Of a stretch of DNA of 64,000 nt, positions 50,296 to 62,795 are shown in pieces (the stretch's first letter is position 1; every line of letters begins with the position of its first letter). Origin of the DNA: an uncultured Pseudomonadota bacterium (GTDB lineage Bacteria; Pseudomonadota; Alphaproteobacteria; JACZXZ01); the NCBI GenBank assembly GCA_963749075.1, contig CAVVLJ010000021.1:685555-749554 (forward strand), given 5' to 3'. The translations under genes were made by a program, and so were the position numbers. The notes below the pieces were generated by a model. It searched no databases. It saw only the letters and a program-made list of their open reading frames with translations, and was not told where the DNA came from.

Positions 50296-50334
50296 CCCCC
50301 TCCCCCCTTGAGGGGGAGGGTAGGGGAGGGGGGT
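50296..50334. repeat. CCCCTCCCCCTTGAGGGGGAGGG-type hairpin repeat; related short hairpins at 48915-48938 and 51941-51965
   Basis: GC-rich palindromes in intergenic positions. Confidence 0.6.
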
Positions 50335-50436
50335 GTGCCGCGCATCGACAATTCCACATGGTAGCCGCAGGCTCTTCCCGCCGTTAACGCGCCATGGCGG
50401 CTCGGCCTCTCGTCTTGTAACATAAGCGTCCAAGCC

Positions 50437-51920
50437 ATGAGCGAAAACCTCCTCGCCGCAGCCGGCCTGCCGAACTTGCCCGAGTTCTCGGTGAGCGAGA
50501 ATCTCGGGGCTCTTGAAGCGCACCCTCGAGGAGCGCTTCGACCACGTGCGCGTGCGCGGCGAGAATCTCCGGCTTCAAGCGCCACAGCTCGGGGCACCTT
50601 TATTTGGCGCTCAAGGACGCCGATGCGGTGCTCGACGCGGTGTGCTGGCGCGGCACCGCCGGCCGGCTCGGGCTCAAGCCCGAGGACGGCATGGAGGTGA
50701 TCGCCACCGGCCGTATTACGACCTATCCCGGCCGCTCCAGAGTCCCGACTCGTCATCGAGGCGATGGAGCTCGCAGGCGAGGGAGCACTACCTCAAGCTC
50801 CTCGAGGAGCGGCGCAGAAGCTCGCGGCCGAGGGCCTCTTCGATGCCGCGCGCAAGAAGGCGCTGCCCTATCTCCCCAGCGTCATCGGCGTCGTGACCTC
50901 GCCCACGGGTGCCGTCATCCGCGACATCCTCCACCGCCTCGCCGACCGCTTCCCCCGCCGCGTCATCCTCTGGCCGGTCGCGGTGCAGGGCACGGGTGCC
51001 GCCGAGCAGGTGGCCGCCGCCATCGCCGGCTTCAACCGCCTGGAGGCGGGGCGATCCCGCGCCCCGACCTCATCATCGTGGCGCGCGGCGGCGGCAGCCT
51101 CGAGGACCTCTGGGCCTTCAACGAGGAGGTCGTGGTGCGCGCCGCGGCGGCGAGCGCCATCCCGCTCATCTCCGCGGTCCGCCACGAGACGGACACCACG
51201 CTCATCGACTTCGCCTCGGACCGCCGCGCGCCGACGCCAACGGCCGCGGCCGAGATGGCGGTGCCGGTGCGCGCCGGGCTCGTGGCGCAGGTCATGCAAC
51301 ATGGCGAGCGGCTCTACCGCGGCCTCTCGCGCATGCTCTCGGAGCGGCGCACGCATTTGGAGGGCCTCTCGCGCGGCCTCCCCGATCCTTGGCGCCTCCT
51401 CGAAGAGGCGGAACCCCAGGCTCGACGACTGGTCCGAGCGCTTGGCGAACGCGGTCAGGCACCGCGTGGAGCGGCTCGCCGACCGCCTCGCCCGCGTGCC
51501 CACGCTCGAGAAGGCCCTCGTCCAGCTCATAAGCGCCCGCGAGCATTCGCTCGCGGCGAGCGCCGCGCTTGCGCAAGGAGCCCTTCCTAGCATCCGTCGC
51601 GCGCCATGCCCGCGACGCGGCCCGCCTCGGCGAGCATCTGCAGCCGGCCACCCTCTCGCCCTGGCGCCGTCGCGACGGCGCGCGGAGGAGTTCAGCCGCG
51701 CCTCGACCTCTCCTACAGGCGCGCGTGTCTGCACCACCGGCTCCTCGCGCTCGCGGGGCCTCGGCGGAGGCGCTGGTTCCGCACCGGCGACGGCACCGCC
51801 ATCGCATCGCCATCGAGTTCCAGCGAGGGCAGCGTCGCCGCGACGATCGGCGGCGCTCCGGCCGAGCCGCGGCGCATCCGCGGCGCCAAGCCCAAGGCCA
51901 ACCAGGGCACGCTGCTGTGA
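50437..51920 (+). CDS. xseA: Exodeoxyribonuclease VII large subunit, multiple frameshifts
   Basis: [65 protein letters not shown]. Confidence 0.9.
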
Positions 51921-52022
51921 AATCGCTTGTCGCGATAAGCTCCTCTCCCGTAAACGGGAGAGGGGCTTCCCCTAATCCGGCCAGCGCCGGGGTCCGCCAG
52001 AGCCGACTCGAGGAAGAAGACG

Positions 52023-54732
52023 ATGCGCATCAATCAGCCGGTCACACAACGCGAAGTCGAACTAAAGGATGGTGAGACGATCGTCTCGAAGACGAATACC
52101 AAAGGGGTCATCACTGTAACCAGACGTTTCAGGATATCTCGGGATTCAGCGAAGACGACGTCATGGGTAAGGCGCACGATATTGCGCCAAGCCGACATCC
52201 GCGCCGCGTTCGAGGATCTCTGGAACACGCTGAAAGCCGGCCGGCCATGGTCGGGCATGGTCAAGAATCGGTGCAAGAACGGCGACCACTACTGGGTGTA
52301 CGCCGAGGCTTCACCGATCATCGAAGGGGAAACCGTGACGGGCTACCTGTCGGTGCGTTTCAAGCCCGATCGAAGCGCCATCGACGCGGCGAGCAAACTC
52401 TACAATCCATGAACGACGGCACCGCCAAGGGAGTTGCGCTTCGCGGCGGGAAGGTCGTCCGTACAGGATGGATCGCCAGTGCTCTTCACCGACTGACGGA
52501 TAGCTCCATCAAGTGGCGCCTCGTGATGCTGATCGGCATGCTGTCGGTGCTACTTGCGGCGGTGGGCGGTATCGGCCTGTACGGAATGAGCAAGGGCAAT
52601 GAAGGTCTGTTGGCCGTCTACGCGAATCGCGCTGTGCCGATGGGACAGATCGGCGACATCCAGCGGCTGTTGCTCCAGAACCGGCTGCTGGTGGCCACGG
52701 CACTGGTCACACCTGTGCCCGAGTTAATCAGGGAGAACACGGCCGAGATCGAACAGAACATCGCCGAGATCGGGAAAATCTGGAGCATTTACGCGGCGGC
52801 CAATTTGCGGCCGGACGAAAAGCAACTTACGGAAACGTTTGCCAAGGACCGCGCGAAATTCCTGCAGGAGGGCCTGGTGCCGGCGGTTGCGGCGCTACGT
52901 CAGGGTGACACCGCAGGCGCCAACAGAATCGTGCTCGACGCGGTCCGTCCCCTATATGTTCCGGTGGGCAAAGGCATCGATGCGCTGATGCAGTTGCGAC
53001 ATACATGCGGCCAAGCAGGAGTACGAAAGCGCGATGAGCCGCTACGGAACGATCCGCGATCTATCGCTCGCCGCAATTCTAGTGGGCGTGCTCATGGCGT
53101 GTGCGCTCGGTTATGGCATGATCGCGGCGATCATGCGCGCGCTATCACATGCGGCCTCGATCGCGGAATTGGTGTCGCGCGGCAATCTTGCCGTGAATGT
53201 GGATTATTCGCCGAATGACGAGTTCGGCAGACTGGTTGATGCGTTGCGCGTGATGATGCAGGCGCTGAAAGGGTTTGAGTCCGCGCAGTTAGAGATCGCC
53301 AAGCGGCACCATGCCGGCGAGATGAGCTTCAATGTGCCCGCCGGTCAATTCCAAGGGAGCTACGGAAAGATGGCCGAGCGGGTGAACGCGCTGGCACAAT
53401 CGCATATTGCAGTCCAGATGAAGCTGGCCAATGTGATGAAACATTACGCGGTCGGTGACTTCAGCGTGGACATGGAGAAATTACCGGGCGAGAAGATGGT
53501 GATCACCGAAGCCTGCGTCGAGGCCAAGCGCAACCTGGTGGCGATGAGGGACCAGATTGCCGCACTATCCAGCGCGGCGGCGAAAGGTGATTTCAGCCAG
53601 CGTGGCGATGCCAGGCAATTCGATCATGCCTACCTCGAAATGGTGAAATCGCTCAATCAGCTCATGGAAACGGCCGATATGGGATTGGGCGAAGTCGTGC
53701 GCGTGCTGGGTGCGCTCGCCAAAGGCGATCTCACCGAAAGGATTACCAACGAGTATCAGGGCACGTTCCGTCGCTTGAAAGACGACTCGAATACCACCGT
53801 CGACCGGCTAACGGATATCGTTAGCCAAATCAAGGAATCCACCGAATCGATCAACGCCGCATCGAAGGAGATCGCCGCGGGGAATACCGATCTTTCGCAG
53901 CGCACCGAAGAGCAGGCGTCCAGCCTTGAAGAGACCGCCGCGTCGATGGAAGAACTGACCTCAACTGTGAAGCAGAACGCGGAGAACGCGCCAGCAGGCC
54001 AATCAACTCGCCGCCGGCGCCTCCGACGTAGCGGCCCGGGGTGGCGCCGTCGTCGGCCAGGTGGTGACCGACCATGAGCTCGATCAACGAAAGCTCGAAG
54101 AGATTGCCGACATCATCAGCGTCATCGACAGCATCGCCTTCCAGACCAACATTCTGGCGCTGAACGCGGCCGTGGAAGCGGCCCGGGCCGGCGAGCAGGG
54201 CCGCGGCTTTGCCGTCGTGGCCTCGGAAGTGCGCAGCCTTGCGCAGCGCAGTTCGGCGGCGGCGAAGGAGATCAGAGAACTCATCAGCGACTCGGTCGAG
54301 AAAGTCGGTGAAGGCACCCAGCTCGTGGATGAAGCGGGCAAGACGATGGAAGAGATCGTGAGCTCGGTCAAGCGGGTGACAGCCATCATGGCCGAGATTT
54401 CAGCGGCTAGTCAGGAGCAAAGCACCGGCATCGAGCAAGCAAACATCGCAATCACGCAAATGGACGATGTGACGCAGCAGAACGCGGCGCTGGTGGAGCA
54501 GGCGGCGGCGGCGGCGGAGAGCATGGAAGAACAGGCACGCAATCTGGCGAAGGCAGTGGCGATCTTCAAACTCACAGGAATAGCCGCGGGCGGTGCGGGA
54601 CAGGCACTCGAACGGAGCGAGTTGGCGAACCAACCCGCGAACGTGGCACGGTTGCCGAAGCGTGATAAAGCGCCGATGAGACCGCCGTTGGCGCGCGCCA
54701 AGACTGGTAGCACCAACGAGCGCCGAGTTTAG
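52023..54732 (+). CDS. Aer-like methyl-accepting chemotaxis protein (PAS, 4HB sensor, HAMP, MCP signal), multiple frameshifts
   Basis: [72 protein letters not shown]. Confidence 0.88.
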
Positions 54733-54764
54733 TGCGAGACGTCGCGGCCGATAACGATAAAAAG

Positions 54765-55084
54765 ACGTGCAGTGTCGGCCCAGCGACTCAACCCGCTCCT
54801 TCGGGGTTGGATCGATTACTACGGGCGATATGCTCCCTCGGCGCTGCGCCCCATGCTGCGATACGTCAATCTGACGCTTGTGGCGTGCGCGATGCGGAAG
54901 TTCAAACGCTTTGTCGGCCACAAGGTGCGTGCGAGCCGGTTTCTGATCAAGATTGCCGGCGATCATGCACATTTCTTTGTACATTGGCGTCTGGGTATGA
55001 CCGGTACGTTCATCTGATGGGACCCGGATGAATCGAGAGGTTCACGTCCTGGTCGCGTTGGTGCAATTCCACCGGCCGACTCAC
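54765..55084 (+). mobile_element. 3' fragment of a group II intron (maturase X-domain tail, domain V, domain VI)
   Basis: LNPLLRGWIDYYGRY...FVHW* followed by D5-like GGACCCGGATGAATCGAGAGGTTCACGTCCTGGTC and D6-like GGTGCAATTCCACCGGCCGACTCAC. Confidence 0.8.
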
Positions 55085-55335
55085 CCGCTGATGGAAGCGC
55101 TCCCGGGCGGCGTTCTCGTCGTGGGTGGCGGCGTCCGCGGCGGCCAGCTTGAGTGCGCGTTGCCACATGCCGTCGGCGAGCTCGGCGATATCCGGGGGCG
55201 TGCGGGTAAGGGGGGGCGGAGTCGCCCTCGATGCGGGCACCGGGGGCGCGCCAAAACGTCGGAGGGCGTTGGCGATGGTGTCGGGTGAGCCGCCTTCCAG
55301 ACCTTCGCGGAGCGTCTCGACCGTCGGGCAGCGGA
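55085..55335 (-). pseudogene. KfrA N-terminal-like DNA-binding protein fragment
   Basis: PTVETLREGLEGGSPDTIANALRRF and PPDIAELADGMWQRAL in shifted frames. Confidence 0.65.
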
Positions 55336-55436
55336 CTCAGTGCAATTGCGAATGCGTTGAGTGTGTGGGGAATGGGCAGAGTTGCAAAGAGGTACAACTA
55401 TCGCGACCGAATCCTGAAGATCGGGTTCAGACCGAT

Positions 55437-56812
55437 TCAGTCGCCGCTGACCTGGAGTACTGCCATAAGGCTTTCGACCATCGTGTCCAACGTCGACGGA
55501 TCGATATTTAGCGAGTCCGCCGCTGCGGGATCCACTCTTCGACCGGCGACTCGTCATCGTCGCCAATACCGGCTTTCGCCGCGAGGAGGTCGGCCAGATA
55601 CACAATGCGCGGTCCGAGAGAGTCCACCGGAAGCTTTCTCTGGCGTCGCGTGAAATTGCGCCACTTCGCCGTAGCTTGCCGGCAGCTTCCAGATCTCCAG
55701 CAGCGTTGTGCCGAACACGCCGTGATTGGTCTCGAGGAACTGCGGCAGCAGGTCAATCGGATACGCGACCTTGAAGGCTCCGCCGTACTCGAGTTGCGCC
55801 ACGGCTTGGATCAGAAACAGCTTACCGATGTCGTGAAACAACCCCATCGCGAATGCTTCATTGAGCGACTCGAGGCCGATTCCGGCGGCGATCCACCGCG
55901 ACAAATGAGCGACCGCGGTGCCGTGGCGCCAGAGGCTGGCGAGCATCGGTTGCAACCTCGGATTGCGCACCGTATACAGTGCGCGGTTTGCGATGAGGGT
56001 GACGTGGTTCAGTGTAACGTCGAGACCGAGCAGGGCGATGGCGTGCTCGACCGTCCGATTCTCCCGGTTGCTACGGCGGTAGTAGGTAGAATTGGAGATG
56101 CTGATGAGTTTCGCGGCGACCGCCGTATCCTGCTTCAGAAGTTTGGCGATCTGGTCGATGCTCCGGCCGTCCTCGATGAGTTGGTCGAGCCGACGACTCA
56201 TTTCGGGATAAGCCGGAAGGTTGACCTCCCCGCTGTTGAGACGATCGACGATCGTCGTCAGAAGATCGCGGCGCCTGGCGGCAGCATCGTGCGGTGCGGG
56301 TGCCGATACCCGCGTAGAGGTGCGGCGTGAAGGCGGGTCGATCGATAGGCGTTCGACTTGGGCTTCCAGATCCGTGACGTGGGTCCGAAGACTCTCGATG
56401 GGCGTGTGGGTATTCTGCTTGGTCTTGAAGCTGCGTACGGCCTCGCACAGCGCGAGTTCCAGAACCTCGTATATCTTATCGGTCTTGACGAGGAAGTTCG
56501 ATACCCCGAGGCACTGCGCCTCGATAGCGCTCAGCGGATCGTCGGGAGCGCTGATGAACAACAGGGGGCGCGGGAGGCTGGAATAGGTTTCGTTATGAAC
56601 TCCCTCCCCTTATCGCGCGTGAAACTCGCGTCCAGAATGACCGCATCAACTGACTGAAAGTCGATCGAATGGGGTTTCCAGACACCAAGCTTCTGTACTG
56701 CATGGCGCCGCTTGAGAATGCCTTCGATGCGATCAATTTCGGCGGTGTTGCAGCTGCAGAGCAAAATGCGCAGGCCCATTGGCACAACCGGCTTTCCCGC
56801 TGCTTTCTCCAT
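55437..56812 (-). CDS. Receiver-like plus HDOD domain protein, frameshifted
   Basis: NLPAYP, D..VAAKLISISNS.YY, AIALLG, LWRH, GLFHDIGK, H..FG..LL..WKLP. Confidence 0.8.
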
Positions 56813-57049
56813 CCACTCTCCGATACCCTGATCCGGCTCATCCCCTGGACCGCGGGTAAATTTCCGTCGCATATTCAGTAGTGCTGTTGAGGATACCGAT
56901 GTGAGTTTCCCGTTACTGTGTCCTTTGTCCCCTTAATTGCGTCCTAAATCGGAAACTAGCGATGCTGGTTGATGATTGCGACTGCTGAATATCTGCGGCG
57001 GCGCGTGGCTGGTGCGGTTTCGGTTCAACTGCAGACTTGCCGGGTTCAG

Positions 57050-57373
57050 TGTTGCCCCGTTCCCTGAGAAGCTTCTGAATGTCGCTCGCGAGATCCACAG
57101 CCAGAGTGCCCGAAGCGCCCCCAATGGTGAACGCGCGAGTCGCCTCGGCTCTCGACGCACGCGAACCCAGGAAGTCACCAAGCTGCGTTGCAGGCCCTCG
57201 AGGGACGAAGCGCGGGAGCATCGCTGCGTGAAATCATTAGCGCCATTTCCGGCGCAAAGATAGTAGCGAAAGACTGGACCCTGGACGGCGAATTGCGCGC
57301 TCGCGTCCGTTACTTCCTACGTCGCGGCTGGGCACTCGTGAACGGAGGCTATCGGCGGCTCGTCTATTTCTGA
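57050..57373 (+). pseudogene. DUF2285 (FseA-like) C-terminal fragment
   Basis: QALEG..AGASLREI...W....LRARVR...RRG.ALVNGGYRRL; no intact N-terminus. Confidence 0.7.
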
Positions 57374-57587
57374 GGTTTTTGCGTACAGGGAGAAATGGGG
57401 GGGCACCGATTCTCCCTGTCACCGAGCCAGAAGTTCTCCAAGAATGTCTCTTATACTCGGCGACGCAATGCGGGACGCGGATACCTATGGGAGACAGTCT
57501 GCATGCCAGCACTACGCGAACATCGACAACGGCCGCTTCAAGCGATCTTCGTCATGCGTCGGCGCCTCCGGTGGAAGATTCGAAATC

Positions 57588-57824
57588 GTGTCGGCTCCGC
57601 TGCCTCCGATTTTTCTCAACAACGATGAAGCTGCGCAATTTGTCAATCTCTCGCCGCGGACACTGGAAAAACATCGCGTCATTGGAGGTGGCCCGCGGTT
57701 CCGGAAGTTCGGCCGACGAGTTGTCTATGCGCAGGCCGACCTCGAGGCCTGCGCGATTGCTCGATCCTGCAAGAGCACGTCCGATCCGCAGTACCTTGCG
57801 ATGCGTGGAACGGAACGTCCATGA
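57588..57824 (+). CDS. AlpA/RdfS-like HTH excisionase of Tn4371-type ICEs
   Basis: FLNNDEAAQFVNLSPRTLEKHRVIGGGPRFRKFGRRVVY...STSDP. Confidence 0.85.
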   Translation: MSAPLPPIFLNNDEAAQFVNLSPRTLEKHRVIGGGPRFRKFGRRVVYAQADLEACAIARSCKSTSDPQYLAMRGTERP

Positions 57825-58277
57825 TGTAGAAAAGCGTATTCGCGTCGATGCGTGCTCCCGGTAAGGCAGAACCGCGACATGCCAGATCGATAATCGTGCC
57901 ACCAACCGGCAATGCGTATCGCCGATCCACTTCAAACAGGGAGTCTCACGATTCAGGTCGAGGCCACGGCCGAGTTCGGGGTGGCGAGAATCGGAAACGC
58001 CGACGTACTGATCCGGGCTGCATCGCAGTTGATCGAGGCACGTGATCGCGGCCTGCCCACCTCTCGACTCCTCGTGGTGACCCTATGAAATACTAACCTT
58101 CAGCCCGCGCGTCACGTCGGTCAGGGATTACCAACGACTTCGCTTGCGATCGACCACGGTGGCGACGCGTTCAGGTAAAGTTTCTGCGGGACGGAACACT
58201 AGGTGGTTACCTCGCGCGAGCCAGCGATCCTCCGCCGCGCCACATGGCGAGGTAGCGCGGGCTGACGGGTCTGACGC

Positions 58278-58772
58278 TTACCGAATTTTTGATTCGTGGG
58301 CCGTTACATCGAACAGTGTCGTCCTCTGCATTGTAAAGACTAGCCGGTCGTTCTGGTTCCAAAGCTCCGACTTCGACAGGAGAATTCCCGTGCGACCGGA
58401 TGGCGACTTGCTTGAGCGCAGCACCTCGAGGCGAAGGGCTACTGTGTCTTCGGGACGTACCGGGTGAAGCCATTTCAACGACTCGATTCCAGGTGAACCG
58501 AATGATTCGGATCCGACAGAACGTTGTTTCACCATCAATTCCATTGCGATGGCGCAGGTGTGCCACCCACTTGCGATTAGCCCTTTCCATCGTCCCTCGC
58601 GCGCACGTACCGGGTCAATGTGGAACCACTGCGGATCGTAGCGCGAGGCGAACTCGATCATCTCTTTAGCCGTGACGAGGCGAGGGGGCGTTCGAATAAC
58701 GACTCCTGGAATGAGGTCAGCGAAGCGCACGTATGCTTCCTTGTAGTTGCCGGATCCGATTATATCGGACAA
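58278..58772 (-). CDS. MaoC family dehydratase
   Basis: FASRYDPQWFHID, IASGWHT, GSPG, PVRPED. Confidence 0.9.
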   Translation of the reverse strand: MSDIIGSGNYKEAYVRFADLIPGVVIRTPPRLVTAKEMIEFASRYDPQWFHIDPVRAREGRWKGLIASGWHTCAIAMELMVKQRSVGSESFGSPGIESLKWLHPVRPEDTVALRLEVLRSSKSPSGRTGILLSKSELWNQNDRLVFTMQRTTLFDVTAHESKIR

Positions 58773-58922
58773 TTATATCCCGTGGCCCTCAAGCGCCCCG
58801 TTGAGAACGGATTCCCCGCGCTGGCTCCTGCGCATTTCACGCGGCTTGAACTGTTCCGAGAGCGGATCTAAACTCGCTGGCCTGCTTCCAAGGATCCGCG
58901 CAGCCGGCAGAGGAGGGTAGTC

Positions 58923-61400
58923 ATGTCTGAATTGACTAGACGCCAATTCTTGAAGGTCACCGGCATGTCGCTGGTGGGTTCGAGTCTGGCACTGATGGGC
59001 TTCTCGCCCGGCGAAGCGCTCGCGGAGGTGCGTGAGTACAAACTCACGCGGGCCACCGAGACGCGCAATACCTGTCCGTATTGCTCGGTTGCCTGCGGCG
59101 TTTTGATGTACGGCCTGGGTGATGGCGCGAAGAACGCTCAGCCGAGCATCTTCCATATCGAGGGAGATCCCGATCATCCGGTCAATCGCGGCACCTTGTG
59201 CCCGAAAGGCGCCGGCCTCATCGACTTCGTGCACAGCGAGAGCCGCCTCAAGTATCCGGAGTATCGCGCGCCGGGATCCGACACGTGGCAAAGGATTACC
59301 TGGGACGACGCGCTCGACCGCATCAGCAAACTGCTGAAGCAGGATCGGGACGCGAATTTCGTTGCCAAGACGCCGGACGGGCTGACCGTGAACCGATGGC
59401 TGACGCACCGGCATGCTGGCAGCGTCCGCGTCGAGCAACGAAGTCGGGTACATCACTCACAAGGTGGCGCGATCTTTCGGATTATTGGGATTCGATAACC
59501 AGGCTCGTGTGTGACACGGCCCGACGGTGGCAGGTCTTGCCCCGACGTTTGGCCGTGGAGCGATGACGAATCACTGGGTCGACATCAAGAATGCCGACGT
59601 GGTCCTCATCATGGGCGGGCAATGCCGCCGAGGCCCATCCCTGCGGCTTCAAATGGGTCACCGAGGCGAAGGCCCACAATAAGGCGAAGCTCATCGTCGT
59701 CGATCCGCGCTTCACGCGATCGGCGTCGGTGGCGGATTACTACGCGCCCATTCGGCCCGGCACCGACATCGTATTCCTCGGCGGCTTGATCAACTACCTG
59801 CTGACCAACGACAAGATCCAGCGCGACTATGTCGTCCATTACACCGATCTGTCGTTCATCGTCAAGGAAGAGTTCACGTTTACCGACGGCATCTATTCCG
59901 GCTACAACGCCGAAAAGCACAGCTACGACAAGTCCAGCTGGGATTACGAAATCGGTGCCGGATGGGTTTGCCAAGGTCGATCCGACTCTGTCGCACCCGC
60001 GCTGCGTGTACACGTTGCTGAAACAGCACTACGCGCGCTACGTGCCGGAAATGGTCGAGCGAGTCTGCGGCACTCCCAAGGACAAGGTGCTGTTCATCTG
60101 GGACCTGATCGCCTCCACGGCGACGGCGACGCGGGCGATGACCATCATGTACGCGCTCGGCTGGACGCAGCATTCGATCGGTTCGCAGATGATTCGCACC
60201 GGCGCGATGGTGCAATTGCTGCTCGGCAACATCGGCGTCGCCGGCGGCGGCATGAATGCGCTGCGCGGACATTCGAACATTCAAGGGCTCACCGATCTCG
60301 GCCTTTTGTCGAATCAACTGCCGGCCTATATCGCCCTGCCCCTCGAGAGCGAACAGGACTACGGGAAGTTCATCACGGCTCGGACACTGAAGCCACTGCG
60401 GCCCAATCAACTGAGTTACTGGCAGAACACGCCGAAGTTTCACGTGAGCTTCATGAAGGCGTGGTGGGGCGATGCGGCGACGGCGGGGAATAGTTGGGCC
60501 TACGACTACCTGCCCAAGGTCGACAAACTCTACGACATGCTGCAGATGTATGAGTTGATGCATCAGGGCAAGGTCAACGGCTACCTGGCGCAGGGCTTCA
60601 ATCCCCTGGCCGCGGCGCCGAACAAGGCCAAAATGACGGCGAGCCTCTCGAAGCTCAAGTTTCTCGTCATCATGGACCCGCTGGCGACCGAGACTTCCGA
60701 GTTCTGGCGCAACTACGGCGAACACAATGACGTCGATCCGGGCAAGATCCAGACGGAGGTGTTTCGCCTTCCGACGACCTGTTTCGCGGAAGAAGACGGA
60801 GCGATGGTGAATTCCGCTCGATGGCTGCAGTGGCATTGGAAGGGAGCAGCCCCACCCGGTGAAGCGCGCAGCGACATAGAAATCATGGCCGGCATATTCA
60901 CGCGTATGCGTTCCATGTATGCCAAGGACGGCGGCGCGTTTCCGGATCCGATCCTCAACCTGACCTGGAAGTACGCACAAGCCGAAAGCCCGCGGCCGGA
61001 GGAACTGGCGCGGGAATACTCGGGCAATGCGCTCAAGGATCTCGCGGATCCGAAGGATCCGACCAAGATCACGCGCAAGGCGGGCGAGCAGCTGGCGGGG
61101 TTCGCGGAGACTTCGCGACGACGGCAGCACGCAGTGCGGCTGCTGGATTTTCTGCGGCGCCTGGGGTCCTACCGGCAATCTCATGGCGCGGCGCGACAAT
61201 TCTGATCCGAGCGGCATTGGGCAGACTTTGAATTGGGCCTGGTCTTGGCCGGCCAACCGGCGCGTGCTGTACAACCGGGCGTCCTGCGATCCCAGGCAAG
61301 CCCTACAACCCGGCGCGCAAACTCATCAGCTGGAACGGCACGGCGTGGAGCGGGGTGGACGTACCGGATTTCAAGGCCGATGAGAATCCGGCCGGCGGTT
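58923..61400 (+). CDS. fdnG: Formate dehydrogenase-N/O alpha subunit (selenocysteine), frameshifted and 3'-truncated
   Basis: Tat signal TRRQFLK, CPYCSVAC...LCPKG Fe-S motif, DNQARV(TGA)HGPTV, AMTNHW, ALRGHSNIQG. Confidence 0.9.
59512..59545 (+). other. Selenocysteine UGA codon and bacterial SECIS hairpin
   Basis: TGA at 59512-59514, then CACGGCCCGACGG-T-GGCA-GGTCT-TGCC-CC with a bulged U, as in fdhF/fdnG SECIS elements. Confidence 0.85.
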
Positions 61401-62400
61401 TAGCTATCCGACACCATCCTTCAGCCCCAGTCCTAGCCTCAAGAATTCCTACATTCAGCAGTACAACTTGAACGTGCAACACCAGTTCGCCAGCGACTTG
61501 ATGGTGCAGATTGGGTATGTTGGATCGCATGGAAGCCGGCTCTGGCGCACCAACGAAGGCAATTCTGCTCCTTGGGTGCCTGGAGCAACGGCCGCGAATG
61601 CTCAGTCGCGTCGGCCCTTCGAAAATCAATATTTTGCTTCAATCGGGGTACTCACTTCGGATGCTTCCTCGAACTATAACTCGTTGCAGGTTACTGCGCG
61701 GAAACGCTTCGCGAGGACCTACACCATGCAGCTGGCGTATACGTATTCGAAGTCTCTCGATGTCGCTTCGGATGGCAACTTTGCACCTAGCGTGCAGAAC
61801 CCGGCGGATCCATTCCGGGGCGAATACGGACTCAGTACCTTCGACCAACGGCATCTGTTCCGGGTGAACGGTGTTTGGGATCTCCCTCGTTTGAACGACT
61901 GGGGTCCGGCACGACATGTGGTGGGAGGATGGGAAGTCTCTGGTATCGCCAATTATAGTAGCGGGCTTCCGTTTTCGGTGACCACCGGTTCGCCTGCCTC
62001 CTGGCTGGCGTCGAGTTGGGTGGGCAACCTGCGATTGAATGCAGTAGGCGCTCCGTGCGTCGGCTGTGGGAGCCGCACTCAATGGACAAGCTCTTCCGTT
62101 TCGGGCGGATACTTCAACCCTACCGCATTTGCCAGCCCTCCTGACGGCCAGTTCGGGGATAGTGGGCGAGACAGCCTCATCGGACCGAGGTATTTCGACA
62201 CAGACCTGAGCTTAGTGAAGAACTTCACGCCGTTGAGGAGCGAGAGCCTGCGGATCCAGTTCCGTGCAGACTTCTTCAACTTATTCAACAACGTAAGTTT
62301 TAACAACCCCGTGAATACAAACACTTCATCCAACTTTGGCAAGATCACTTCCGCGGGACCGGCACGGGAAATTCAGGTTGCGTTGCGATTTGATTTCTGA
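61400..62400 (+). CDS. C-terminal part of an Oar-like TonB-dependent receptor (5'-truncated)
   Basis: YVGSHG, SNYNSLQV, YTYSKSLD, GGWEVSGI, QFRADFFNLFN..F, REIQVALRFDF ending in Phe. Confidence 0.85.
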
Positions 62401-62468
62401 AGAGCCGGAGTGTATACGGCGCGACCAAGGCAGCCGTCGATGCCTTGAGGCGGAGTGGTGCCATCGCG

Positions 62469-62795
62469 CTAGTACCGTGACCGCGTGATTGTGGAGCCAA
62501 AGGTATTGCGAAGCCTTCTAGCGAGTAAATTCCCGCTGGATCGGCGCTTCCAAGCTCGAGTTTCCTTGCGCAGAGAGGCTCGATCTGCGATCCGGCGTTG
62601 GCCTAAGCATTGCCGGGAGAACAGGCTGATGGCGATCTCCGCCTGGTTCAGTCAACTGCCGTGTTTGGGGGGTAGTGCGCCGTGAAGCGGTTCCACAGCC
62701 AGTCACCCGCTTTGTCGCCGAAGCGTTCCACCACGGCCTTGCGGGTATGCGAAATCAGGTTGTCCATCACCAGATGGATGGTGTCGGCCTCCGGT
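62469..62795 (-). mobile_element. IS630-family transposase C-terminal remnant
   Basis: Manual translation TIHLVMDNLISH...FTAHY..KHGS*LNQAEIAI; ends at CTAG. Confidence 0.8.

Noticed and set aside
57830-58270. repA or other ICE genes after the excisionase
   Set aside because: No convincing reading frame or motif found by eye.
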